From Bacteroidota bacterium (GTDB lineage: Bacteria > Bacteroidota > Bacteroidia > Chitinophagales > Chitinophagaceae): a stretch of DNA of 64,000 nucleotides. Positions 20,010 through 28,922 of the stretch are shown piece after piece (within the stretch, counting starts at the first letter, position 1; each line of letters starts with the position of its first letter). The position numbers and the translations under genes are program-made. Location: positions 8,140 to 72,139 of the forward strand of contig JAFDXE010000014.1 of NCBI GenBank assembly GCA_018268085.1. Direction: 5' to 3'. The notes beneath the pieces are model-generated. The model was not told the DNA's origin. It saw only the letters and a list, made by a program, of their open reading frames with translations, and did not search any database.

Positions 20010-21332
20010 ATGCCTAATCTACGCAGCGCCTTCCTGTGCGCATTTATTTTTTTAAGTTTAATCTCCTGTAACTACAAACATGCAGATGAACGGTCAGCAT
20101 CGTTACCTGCTGATGCAACTTCAGCCTTGCCTCTTGAAGAATCAGCGAATATGTTCGACATCGGTGCATTGCACACGAAATTTATAACATCGGCAACCCA
20201 ACATTTTTTTGTTTCAGCAAAAAATCCATCTAAAATTGAAACGAAAGCCGGACTAAAATTACAGATCGATCCTTCTACACTGGAAAGAGAAGACGGACAG
20301 TTATTTAACGGCAATCTTGATGTGAGCATTCTTGAACTTACAAATGTGAACGACTTATTTAAAAGTAATGTAGGAACAATGAGCAATGGAAAATTACTCG
20401 CCTCCGGTGGAAGCTATTATATTGATATACATAATGCAGGTTCAGACGTTCGAATCAAAAAAGGAAAATCAATAGAAGCTTCATTCCCTGTGTTGAAAAA
20501 TGAGAATATGGAATTGTTTTATGGAGAACGGGATGCCAACAGGAATATGAATTGGGAACCCGCTAATGTGGTATTTAACAAACAATATGAAACGATAAAC
20601 TTTACGAATACCGGGTGGGGCGACTTACGGCCACAGGTACAGGAGGAAATAGCAGCCAAAGTTTTTAAATCGCTTGATGAAACTGTGTACTATTACAATA
20701 AGCGAATGACTTTACAGCAAATGGTAGATACGATCAATAAAAACGACACGAAAGTTTTGCTTAAAACGGTTTCCTACTGGCCTAAAGATCTTCCAAAAGA
20801 TAAAAAGCTTGATACCAATTACCTGACAAAGATTTACGGACCTTATCAGCAATACATTCTAAAAGTGTGTAAGGATATAGAAAACCAGGAAGAAAAAAGT
20901 AAAGAAACCATTGCCAACTGGAAACCAACAACACTTGCCGGGCAATTATTAAAAAATTATGCTCCTGTTTCCATTACTTCACTTGGCTGGATCAACTGCG
21001 ACAAATTTTATACTGTGCCCGAAAACACCGAAACTCCCATAGAAATTCCTTATGCGTTTAACAATAGCCGCATACAATATTTTTTATTGTATAAAAAGTT
21101 CAACGGGTTAATGACCGGAAGTGCAGTTGTAGACACAGAAGGAAAATTTATTTTATCCGGGTTGCCTGTAGGAGAAGCTGTAAAACTAATTGCTTTTACT
21201 AAAAAAGATGGTGTGGTTTACCAGTCGGTTGAAGATTTTAATATTAAAAAAGATAGATCCCTTGCCATTGAGTTTAAAAAAATTTCAAACCTGGAGTTGA
21301 TGAATATTTTCGGGCCGAATGTAAAAATTTAG
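20010..21332 (+). CDS. Hypothetical lipoprotein (beta-rich; LASGG and GWINCD motifs)
   Basis: Lipobox LISC; 440-aa clean ORF. Confidence 0.7.
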   Translation: MPNLRSAFLCAFIFLSLISCNYKHADERSASLPADATSALPLEESANMFDIGALHTKFITSATQHFFVSAKNPSKIETKAGLKLQIDPSTLEREDGQLFNGNLDVSILELTNVNDLFKSNVGTMSNGKLLASGGSYYIDIHNAGSDVRIKKGKSIEASFPVLKNENMELFYGERDANRNMNWEPANVVFNKQYETINFTNTGWGDLRPQVQEEIAAKVFKSLDETVYYYNKRMTLQQMVDTINKNDTKVLLKTVSYWPKDLPKDKKLDTNYLTKIYGPYQQYILKVCKDIENQEEKSKETIANWKPTTLAGQLLKNYAPVSITSLGWINCDKFYTVPENTETPIEIPYAFNNSRIQYFLLYKKFNGLMTGSAVVDTEGKFILSGLPVGEAVKLIAFTKKDGVVYQSVEDFNIKKDRSLAIEFKKISNLELMNIFGPNVKI

Positions 21333-21573
21333 AAAAGGATGTAACTTTTGTTCTGTACTGTTCGTATTACAATTGATTTCATAAAATAGTTATTATTAGT
21401 TTATTCATTTTGAACAGGAACCCAGGATGGTTGTTCCTGTTCAAAATGTTTTTGCAATCACGCATAAAGCGTTGCTATAATTTTTTGTTAATCGTATTTT
21501 TTTGGATTGATATCATTCTTAAAATTTAATTTCGGCTGTAAATTTGATCGGCACAAACAATAAAAAATTTACT

Positions 21574-21939
21574 ATGCAAAAAATATTACTCCTTAATTTC
21601 CTGGTATTAATCTCCATAGCTGCCGGTGCCCAGGAAACAACCAGTCCTGATCAGAATCCGAACTACAGGCAAAGCCTTGAAAAATACATAGCGCAAAAAG
21701 ATAACCTGCAGACTACAATGAATACTACTGTTCAGCAAACGTACAAAGCGTACGACTGGTACGAGGCTAAACAGGAACGCAAACGCCAACGTATTGAAGA
21801 CAGGAGAGCCCGCAGGTTATACGAAGCACAGAACTTCGGTTATTATTATAATCCATACAATTACCTGTATGATCCTTATTCCACACCTTTCCGGTATTCA
21901 CCATATTATTTCCATCGTCATGGATGGAGGCATTGGTAA
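21574..21939 (+). CDS. Hypothetical secreted protein with Tyr-rich C-terminus
   Basis: Signal peptide MQKILLLNFLVLISIAAGAQ; ATG at 21574 with A-rich leader. Confidence 0.7.
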   Translation: MQKILLLNFLVLISIAAGAQETTSPDQNPNYRQSLEKYIAQKDNLQTTMNTTVQQTYKAYDWYEAKQERKRQRIEDRRARRLYEAQNFGYYYNPYNYLYDPYSTPFRYSPYYFHRHGWRHW

Positions 21940-21984
21940 TTTTTAATTGCTTTTTATTTCGTTTAAACATTTCAAAATTTATTT

Positions 21985-22566
21985 ATGAAGTCAATTTTCT
22001 ACTCAGCAATCACAGCATTGCTTCTACTAACTGTGTCCTGTAGCCGCCAAGTAACCAGGATTGATCCTGCTGCAACACCTGATATCAGCGGGAGCTGGAA
22101 CAATACCGATAGCAGGCTTACTGCCGAAGCCATGATAAACGATGCGTTAACAGCAGACTGGCTGACCAATCATTCGCAGGCAAAAGGAAAAAAGCCAGTG
22201 GTTATTGTTGGAATGGTAACCAATAACAGTCATGAACACATTGAAGCGGAAACATTCATGAACGACCTGGAAAGATCATTTATCACTACATCAAAAGTTA
22301 GTGTTGTACAAAGTGGTAAAAAACGGGAAGAACTTCGTGGAGAAAAAGCAGATCAGCAAACCAATGCTTCTCAAAGCACCATGAAAAAATTTGGATTGGA
22401 AAATGGCGCTGATTATATTTTACAGGGTTCAATTAACTCAATTGTGGATGCCTATAAGCGTAAGAAAACAGTTACCTATCAGATTAATCTTGAACTTACC
22501 AATATTGAAACGAATGAAGTGGTTTGGATTGGAGAGAAGAAGATTGCGAAGATGGTAAAGAATTAA
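21985..22566 (+). CDS. LpoB-like (penicillin-binding protein activator/CsgG-fold) lipoprotein
   Basis: Lipobox TVSC; DISGSWNNTD, NNSHEHI, GADYILQGSINSI, YQINLELTNIETNEVVW. Confidence 0.78.
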   Translation: MKSIFYSAITALLLLTVSCSRQVTRIDPAATPDISGSWNNTDSRLTAEAMINDALTADWLTNHSQAKGKKPVVIVGMVTNNSHEHIEAETFMNDLERSFITTSKVSVVQSGKKREELRGEKADQQTNASQSTMKKFGLENGADYILQGSINSIVDAYKRKKTVTYQINLELTNIETNEVVWIGEKKIAKMVKN

Positions 22567-22661
22567 AATTCTCGTCAGAGTGAAATTTTATTGTGTTTTT
22601 TCCCCTACAGAAATCTAGAATACAATTGAGTAAAACGCTAATGTTGAGCAACATAATTTTA

Positions 22662-24122
22662 ATGAATAAAAGGGCATGGGCAGTTTGGCTGCTCGTGCCT
22701 TTTTTATTGTCATGTGCAACGTATAACTCACGTATGAACATGTATTATAGCAGTGTCAGGGAACATAACTATGATAAGGCCATTCGGAAACTTGATAATA
22801 AATTTATCAAGCGCAACAGGAACCAGTTGTTGTTCTATATGGAATCGGGAAGAATGTACAGGTTAAAAAACGACTACGTTACCAGCAACCAGTATTTCAA
22901 CCAGGCAGATAATTTTATTGAAAACTACCGGAAAACTGCCGGTGATGTTGCTGTATCAAACCTGGTAAACCCCATGCAGCAAACTTACCGGGGTGAAGAT
23001 TTTGAAATCTTCATGGTTCATTTTTATAAAGCACTTAATTATGCCGCTTTGGGACAAACAGATGATGCTCTTGTGGAAGCCAGGCGGATTACACTTTCCG
23101 AAAATACACAAGGAGATAAGTTCATAAATAAAGACAAACGGTATAGCGCAGACGCTTTTGCACTAAACCTGCAAGGTATGATCTATGAGATGGCAGGCGA
23201 CATTAACAATGCATTCATTGCCTACCGTAACGCTGCTGATGTTTACCTGAAAGCCGGTGGAGAATATTATGGTGTTACAATACCGGAACAATTAAAAAAA
23301 GACCTGCTCAGAACTGCCCGTGCAATGGGATTCGGCAGTGAGGCTGAACGGTATGCGAAAATATTCAATGCAAACTATTCAGAGGAAAGCGTACCGGCAT
23401 CTGAGTTGGTATTGTTTATTGAACAAGGCATGGCGCCTGCAAAGGAAGAACGCAATTTTGTGTTGACCAATTCCGGTTCCGGGATCGGTAATTTCACATT
23501 TGTTGATGAGTTTGGCCAGCCTTCAATGGTGAACTTCAATTATAACAACTATAATATTTCGGCAGACCGTTTAAGCAGTGTGCGTACTGTACGGGTGGCA
23601 GTACCGGTTTACCATATAAATTTTCCTGCTCCACAAAGTGTATCCGTTGCCGTTAATGGAACATCGTATTCGGTGCAAACTGCCCAAAATATCAATAGCC
23701 TTGCCGTAAATATTTTAAGAGAACGTTTTTTAACTGAACTCACCAATGCCATCGCCAGGCAGGTTACCAAGAAGCTGGTGGAAAAGGGAACAGAAGCTGC
23801 AACGGAAAGTATTGCTAAAGGACAACAAAAGAAACCGGATGCCAACGCATCAGATGCAGAGAAAGAAAAGAAGAACAGGAAGAATGAAGAAAATGCGAAA
23901 TTGGCCGGCGATGTAGCGGGCCTCTTAATTAATCTTGTTAATACTGCATCAGAAAAAGCGGATACCCGTAACTGGCAGAGCCTGCCTGCATTTGTACAAT
24001 ATGTTCGGATTCCACTTACAGATGGGGAAAATACGATCACTATCAATGCCAATGGGAAATCGAAGACCGTGAAAATAAACGGTGTTAAAGGACTACAGTT
24101 ACTGAGTGAGGTTATCGAGTAA
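22662..24122 (+). CDS. COG3014-like TPR lipoprotein
   Basis: Lipobox LLSC; LLFYMESG, YRGEDFE...HFYKALNY, ARRI, DTRNWQSLP; follows the LpoB-like gene. Confidence 0.7.
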   Translation: MNKRAWAVWLLVPFLLSCATYNSRMNMYYSSVREHNYDKAIRKLDNKFIKRNRNQLLFYMESGRMYRLKNDYVTSNQYFNQADNFIENYRKTAGDVAVSNLVNPMQQTYRGEDFEIFMVHFYKALNYAALGQTDDALVEARRITLSENTQGDKFINKDKRYSADAFALNLQGMIYEMAGDINNAFIAYRNAADVYLKAGGEYYGVTIPEQLKKDLLRTARAMGFGSEAERYAKIFNANYSEESVPASELVLFIEQGMAPAKEERNFVLTNSGSGIGNFTFVDEFGQPSMVNFNYNNYNISADRLSSVRTVRVAVPVYHINFPAPQSVSVAVNGTSYSVQTAQNINSLAVNILRERFLTELTNAIARQVTKKLVEKGTEAATESIAKGQQKKPDANASDAEKEKKNRKNEENAKLAGDVAGLLINLVNTASEKADTRNWQSLPAFVQYVRIPLTDGENTITINANGKSKTVKINGVKGLQLLSEVIE

Positions 24123-24135
24123 TCAACGCCGGCTG

Positions 24136-25683
24136 TTACAATTTAATCTCTTCATCGCTATCATCAAAAAACCTGAATTCTGTTAAGTGATAGGCTGAAT
24201 TTGCTTTCACTTTTACTTTTTGTTTATACTTCCAGCTCCATTTTAAACGGCGTGATGGGAACCCGCTGGTGAGATAGGTATATAATATCGGGTGAACTTC
24301 AATGGTAAGTCCCCGGTGTTTTTGCATAATCAGGTAATTCAGGTTCTTTGCAATTTCATCTTCCAGGATCAGTGTAGATGAAATTTTTCCTGTACCCTCA
24401 CAACTCGGGCAAATTTCGCTGGTGTTGATGTTCATTTCAGGTTTCATCCGTTGACGGGTGATCTGCATCAAACCAAATTTTGTAATAGGCAGAACGGCGT
24501 GTTTAGCCCTGTCTGTTTTCATAAACTGGTCCATCGCATCAGCCAGTTTCTTTTTGTTTTCCATCAGCTTCATGTCGATGAAATCAACTACGATGATGCC
24601 GCCAAGATCCCGAAGACGTAGTTGCCTGGCAATTTCTTCAGCCGCTTCCAGGTTTGTTTCCAATGCATTTTGCTCCTGGTTATTGCTTACACTTTTATAA
24701 CCGCTGTTAACATCGATTACATGTAATGCTTCTGTATGTTCTATAATCAGGTAAGCGCCGCTGGGCAGGTTCACTGTTTTTCCAAAAGAAGCTTTTACCT
24801 GTTTGGTAACGCCAAAATTGTCGAATATGGGAAGCCCGTTATTGTAATAGGAAACAATGTCTGCCTTGTCGGGAGCAATACGTTGGATATATGTTTTTGT
24901 ATCCGCAAAAATGGTTTTGTCGTTTACTACGATGCGGTTAAAATCTTCATTCAATAGATCACGCAACATGCTTGTTGCTTTTCCCTGTTCACTCAAAATT
25001 TTTGTTGGTGGTACAGCGCCCCTTAAATTCTGCTGGATGGTATTCCAGGTTTTTTCGAGGCTGATCAGATCTTCCTGGAGTTCTGTCATGTGTTTACCTT
25101 CTGCTGCCGTACGCACAATTACACCCAGGTTTTTTGGCTTGATGGATTCGATGATCTTGTGCAATCTTTTTCTTTCTTCGGAAGAATGAATTTTCCTGGA
25201 AACAGCAACAATATCATTAAAAGGAGTAACAACTACGAATCTGCCGGGCAGTGATAATTCACAACTAAGGCGGGGGCCTTTGGCTGCAATCGGCTCTTTT
25301 AAAATCTGTACGAGAATATTTGGTTTGCCACTCAATACTTCAGTGATCTTACCGGTTTTTACAATTTCCGGTTCTACTTTGAATTTGGCAAAATCAGCTT
25401 TCTCACCAGGCTTTTCATTTATATACTGGCTGGTGAATTTGAGAATGGATCTTACATAAGGACTAAGATCAGTATAGTGAAGGAATGCGTCTTTTTCAAA
25501 ACCCACTTCCACAAATGCTGCATTAAGGCCCGGGATAAGTTTTTTTACTTTACCAAGATACAGATCACCTACAGCAAAACTCGCATCAGCTTTTTCACTA
25601 TGCAGCTCCACTAATTTCTTGTCCTCCAGCAAGGCAATCTCAACGCCCTGCGGTATCGCATTTATAATTAACTCCTTGGTCAA
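24136..25683 (-). CDS. rng: Ribonuclease G/E family (short Rng type)
   Basis: S1 domain AFVEVG, QILKEPIAAKGPRL, VIDVNSG, RQLRLRDLGGIIVVDFIDM, Zn-link CPSC; TTG start. Confidence 0.92.
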   Translation of the reverse strand: MTKELIINAIPQGVEIALLEDKKLVELHSEKADASFAVGDLYLGKVKKLIPGLNAAFVEVGFEKDAFLHYTDLSPYVRSILKFTSQYINEKPGEKADFAKFKVEPEIVKTGKITEVLSGKPNILVQILKEPIAAKGPRLSCELSLPGRFVVVTPFNDIVAVSRKIHSSEERKRLHKIIESIKPKNLGVIVRTAAEGKHMTELQEDLISLEKTWNTIQQNLRGAVPPTKILSEQGKATSMLRDLLNEDFNRIVVNDKTIFADTKTYIQRIAPDKADIVSYYNNGLPIFDNFGVTKQVKASFGKTVNLPSGAYLIIEHTEALHVIDVNSGYKSVSNNQEQNALETNLEAAEEIARQLRLRDLGGIIVVDFIDMKLMENKKKLADAMDQFMKTDRAKHAVLPITKFGLMQITRQRMKPEMNINTSEICPSCEGTGKISSTLILEDEIAKNLNYLIMQKHRGLTIEVHPILYTYLTSGFPSRRLKWSWKYKQKVKVKANSAYHLTEFRFFDDSDEEIKL

Positions 25684-25820
25684 ACGAACACTTTTTTAAA
25701 GACCTGATACACTACGGAAGGAAAACATAAAGGCATGAATAATTACAGCAACAGCCGGAATTATTCATGCATATATAGGTACGAACCGAAGATAGTTCGC
25801 ACTACTAAAGAAAAAGTGAA

Positions 25821-25910
25821 TTACTTCTTCTTATGACGATTCTTTCTTAAACGTTTTTTGCGCTTATGAGTTGCGATTTTATGACGTTTTCTCTTTTTAC
25901 CACAAGGCAT
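25821..25910 (-). CDS. 30S ribosomal protein bS22 (mS38/COX24-like basic mini-protein), absent from the ORF track
   Basis: Hand translation MPCGKKRKRHKIATHKRKKRLRKNRHKKK*, matching my recollection of Bacteroidota bS22. Confidence 0.88.
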   Translation of the reverse strand: MPCGKKRKRHKIATHKRKKRLRKNRHKKK

Positions 25911-25949
25911 ACCGAGTCTTTTTTTGTTTAAATAATAATTTTAATATAG

Positions 25950-26807
25950 TTACTCACTTTTCAGTGATTTTATTCTTTCGTCGATTTGGTTACGATAATC
26001 AGCATTATCAAATAATCCTTTGCTGATCGTGTACCATTTGATGGCTTCTTCCTTATTCCCGGTGGCAGCATAGCTGTCGGCAAGAAATAAATTCGCTTCA
26101 ACATTGGAAGGTTCACGGGCAATCACTTTTTTAAATCTGTCGATTGCTTTATCATACTGCCCCGAAACAAAACCACCAACACCCAGTACCAATTGAGCCT
26201 TCATGTTATTGGAGTCTTTTCTCACTACACTCAACAACTGCTGTATACCTTTCATTGTTTCCTGTGGATCGCCGCCATTTGCGGCAGCCCCAAAAACATA
26301 ACAACTTCCTAATCCAACTTTCAAACTATCATTGTCTGGGTTTAGTTCAATTGCCTTCTCAAAAAGGGATATTGCTTCAGCCTTTTCCCAGTTCAATTTT
26401 GGCAGATCGTGTTCCCCTCTCAGGTTGTCTAAAAATAATTGGCCTGCGAAGGTGAGGTTTTTTTCTGAATTATCCAACTTAGCAGCCTTACTTGTCCAAA
26501 ATGCATACGGTTCAAACAGCCTGGCGCTATCTTTCCAGAATTTTGCAATAAGAGAATAGGTGGTCAACTGCTGGGTATGCACATCGCCCCGCTTAACTGA
26601 ATTTTCAAGCGAATCTAAATAATATGCCTGTGAGGGAGGGAGTTGTTGTTTTGCAGAAAGGATGAACTTTTCAATGTCAAAACTGCCTGTTGGTTTTTCC
26701 GGAGTGGAATTTTTTACGGGTTTCTGGTGCGCAGTTGTGCGCCCGAATATGAACAGGATTGCAACTATAAGCACTCCTGCTCCCGCCATGATAAACTGTT
26801 TTTTCAC
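25950..26807 (-). CDS. Tetratricopeptide-repeat membrane-anchored protein
   Basis: N-terminal TM helix; TPR-like helices (LFEKAIELNPDND, GQYDKAIDRFKKVIAREPSN). Confidence 0.8.
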   Translation of the reverse strand: MKKQFIMAGAGVLIVAILFIFGRTTAHQKPVKNSTPEKPTGSFDIEKFILSAKQQLPPSQAYYLDSLENSVKRGDVHTQQLTTYSLIAKFWKDSARLFEPYAFWTSKAAKLDNSEKNLTFAGQLFLDNLRGEHDLPKLNWEKAEAISLFEKAIELNPDNDSLKVGLGSCYVFGAAANGGDPQETMKGIQQLLSVVRKDSNNMKAQLVLGVGGFVSGQYDKAIDRFKKVIAREPSNVEANLFLADSYAATGNKEEAIKWYTISKGLFDNADYRNQIDERIKSLKSE

Positions 26808-26836
26808 TTCACATAAAATTGAAGCGCAAAGTTACA

Positions 26837-27160
26837 CTAGTCTTCCCCATCTTCATTCACTTCCGGGGCTTCTTTTATGTCTGGTGAATTTTTAATTTCC
26901 TGCACAAATTCTTTTGCAGGTTTAAATGCCGGAATAAAATGTTCGGGAATAGCTACAGCAATATTCTTTTTAATATTACGACCGATCTTTGCTGCTCTTT
27001 TTTTAATGATGAAGCTGCCAAATCCCCTGACATACAGGTTTTCGCCACTGGCTAATGAGGCTTTTATTTCCCTGAACATTGTTTCTAATGTTACCAGTAC
27101 ATCTACTTTTGGTATACCGGTTTTGTCAGATATTTTGTTGATGAGGTCTGCCTTTCTCAT
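26837..27160 (-). CDS. HU/IHF family DNA-binding protein
   Basis: MRKADLINKIS, YVRGFGSF, RNIKKN, PAFKPAKEF. Confidence 0.92.
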   Translation of the reverse strand: MRKADLINKISDKTGIPKVDVLVTLETMFREIKASLASGENLYVRGFGSFIIKKRAAKIGRNIKKNIAVAIPEHFIPAFKPAKEFVQEIKNSPDIKEAPEVNEDGED

Positions 27161-27261
27161 ATTAAGAAGTATTTTAGACAGTAAGTTAATAAATACTATT
27201 GAAAATTCAAAATTAAGTTGGTGATAATCAATACGTTTGCGGATATATTTTTTTTGTGATT

Positions 27262-28338
27262 ATGCGTAAAGGCAAAAAAGAAGTTTTTTTTACTGCAGAA
27301 TTAATGCACTGGAACCAGCATCAAAACTTTCGGGAAATGCCCTGGAAAGCGGAGAAGGATCCGTATAAAATCTGGTTGAGTGAGATCATTCTTCAGCAAA
27401 CACGTGTAGAACAGGGATGGAATTATTACAATGCATTCATAGAAGCATACCCAACCATTCTCCATCTTGCTGCTGCAACGGATAAAGAAGTTTATAAATT
27501 ATGGGAAGGATTAGGGTATTATTCCCGCTGTAAAAACCTGCTCTTTACAGCCAGGTACATTGCTACAAACTATAAAGGAATTTTTCCATCAGCGTATGAT
27601 GCCATACTTCAATTAAAGGGAGTGGGACCATATACTGCGGCCGCCATTGCATCGTTTGCCTTCAATATACCCAAAGCAGTTGTAGATGGTAATGTTATGA
27701 GGGTTTTATCGAGATATTTCGGAAACAAAACAGCTATTGATTCCACAGAAGGTAAAAAAGTATTTACAGCCCAGGCAGAAACATTACTCGATACATCATC
27801 GCCGGGAAAGTACAACCAGGCTATCATGGATTTTGGCGCTACCATTTGTAAACCAAAATCGCCACTTTGCGAACAATGCCCGATCTCTGCCCGGTGTACA
27901 GCATATCATGAAAATGCTGTTGCCGATTACCCGGTAAAAGAAAAAAAGCTGCTGAAAAAAAACAGGTGGCTGTATTATATTATCGCTGAACATGATGATG
28001 CTGTTACAGTGAGGATGCGCAACCAAAAAGATATCTGGCAAAATTTATATGAATTTATTTTAATTGAGAACAGCAGCAGGTTAACGCCGGATGCATTCAT
28101 AGCCTCATCTTCATTCAAAAAAATAGTTGGTAAACAATGCCGGGTAATAGATATTTCACCTGAATATAAACAATTGCTTACCCACCAGGTTATTCACGGG
28201 TTCTTTGTTCACATTAAAACAAAAAATGCAATTGTTCCCGAGGGGTATCATATAGAAAAATTGAAAATTATTGCTTCATTACCCTTCCCGAAATTTATTA
28301 ATAATTACCTGCAGAAAACGATGTTGTTGAAGCCGTAA
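27262..28338 (+). CDS. mutY: A/G-specific adenine glycosylase
   Basis: WLSEIILQQT, GLGYYSR, HhH LKGVGPYTA, VDGNVMRV, Fe-S CKPKSPLCEQCPISARC. Confidence 0.94.
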   Translation: MRKGKKEVFFTAELMHWNQHQNFREMPWKAEKDPYKIWLSEIILQQTRVEQGWNYYNAFIEAYPTILHLAAATDKEVYKLWEGLGYYSRCKNLLFTARYIATNYKGIFPSAYDAILQLKGVGPYTAAAIASFAFNIPKAVVDGNVMRVLSRYFGNKTAIDSTEGKKVFTAQAETLLDTSSPGKYNQAIMDFGATICKPKSPLCEQCPISARCTAYHENAVADYPVKEKKLLKKNRWLYYIIAEHDDAVTVRMRNQKDIWQNLYEFILIENSSRLTPDAFIASSSFKKIVGKQCRVIDISPEYKQLLTHQVIHGFFVHIKTKNAIVPEGYHIEKLKIIASLPFPKFINNYLQKTMLLKP

Positions 28339-28425
28339 AACTTTACCTGGGTTGGCGTTACAGAAAAATAAAAATTGTATCTTTAAGTTACCGGCAACAA
28401 TAAGATTCATGAACAAAGAAAATAT

Positions 28426-28860
28426 ATGAGAGGCGTAAACAGAGTAATGCTTATTGGTAATCTTGGAAAAGACCCTGATATGCAGTTCCTCGAAGGAAAT
28501 ATCGGGGTTGCTAAATTTTCACTGGCAACAACGGAAACCTATAAAGACCGTAGCGGCAAATTAATATCGCAAACGGAATGGCATACGGTTGTTTTATGGC
28601 GTGGATTGGCTGAACTGGCCCAGAAATACCTGCATCGTGGCAGCCTGGTGTACATTGAAGGGAGATTAAAAACAAGAAGTTGGGAAGATAAAGACGGGAA
28701 TAAAAAATTTGCTACTGAAATTGTTGGCGACAACCTGATCATGCTCGACAAAAGAAGTGATGGCTCTCATGTAGATCATCCCATAAGCTCCGCCGATAAT
28801 CCAGGCATCTCGGAAGATTTACCCAGGGATGAAAACGGTAACGAACGCTTGCCTTTTTAA
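28426..28860 (+). CDS. ssb: Single-stranded DNA-binding protein
   Basis: VNRVMLIGNLGKDP, TEWH, YIEGRL, acidic tail ending LPF. Confidence 0.95.
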   Translation: MRGVNRVMLIGNLGKDPDMQFLEGNIGVAKFSLATTETYKDRSGKLISQTEWHTVVLWRGLAELAQKYLHRGSLVYIEGRLKTRSWEDKDGNKKFATEIVGDNLIMLDKRSDGSHVDHPISSADNPGISEDLPRDENGNERLPF

Positions 28861-28922
28861 TTCCATTTACAATACTATTTACTGCACATCGGTAAATAAT
28901 TTTTTAATTAAATACCTTAACC

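Noticed and set aside
18291-24122. Genomic island or prophage integrated at tRNA-Leu
   Set aside because: No integrase, no duplicated tRNA 3' end, and the tRNA is followed directly by tig.
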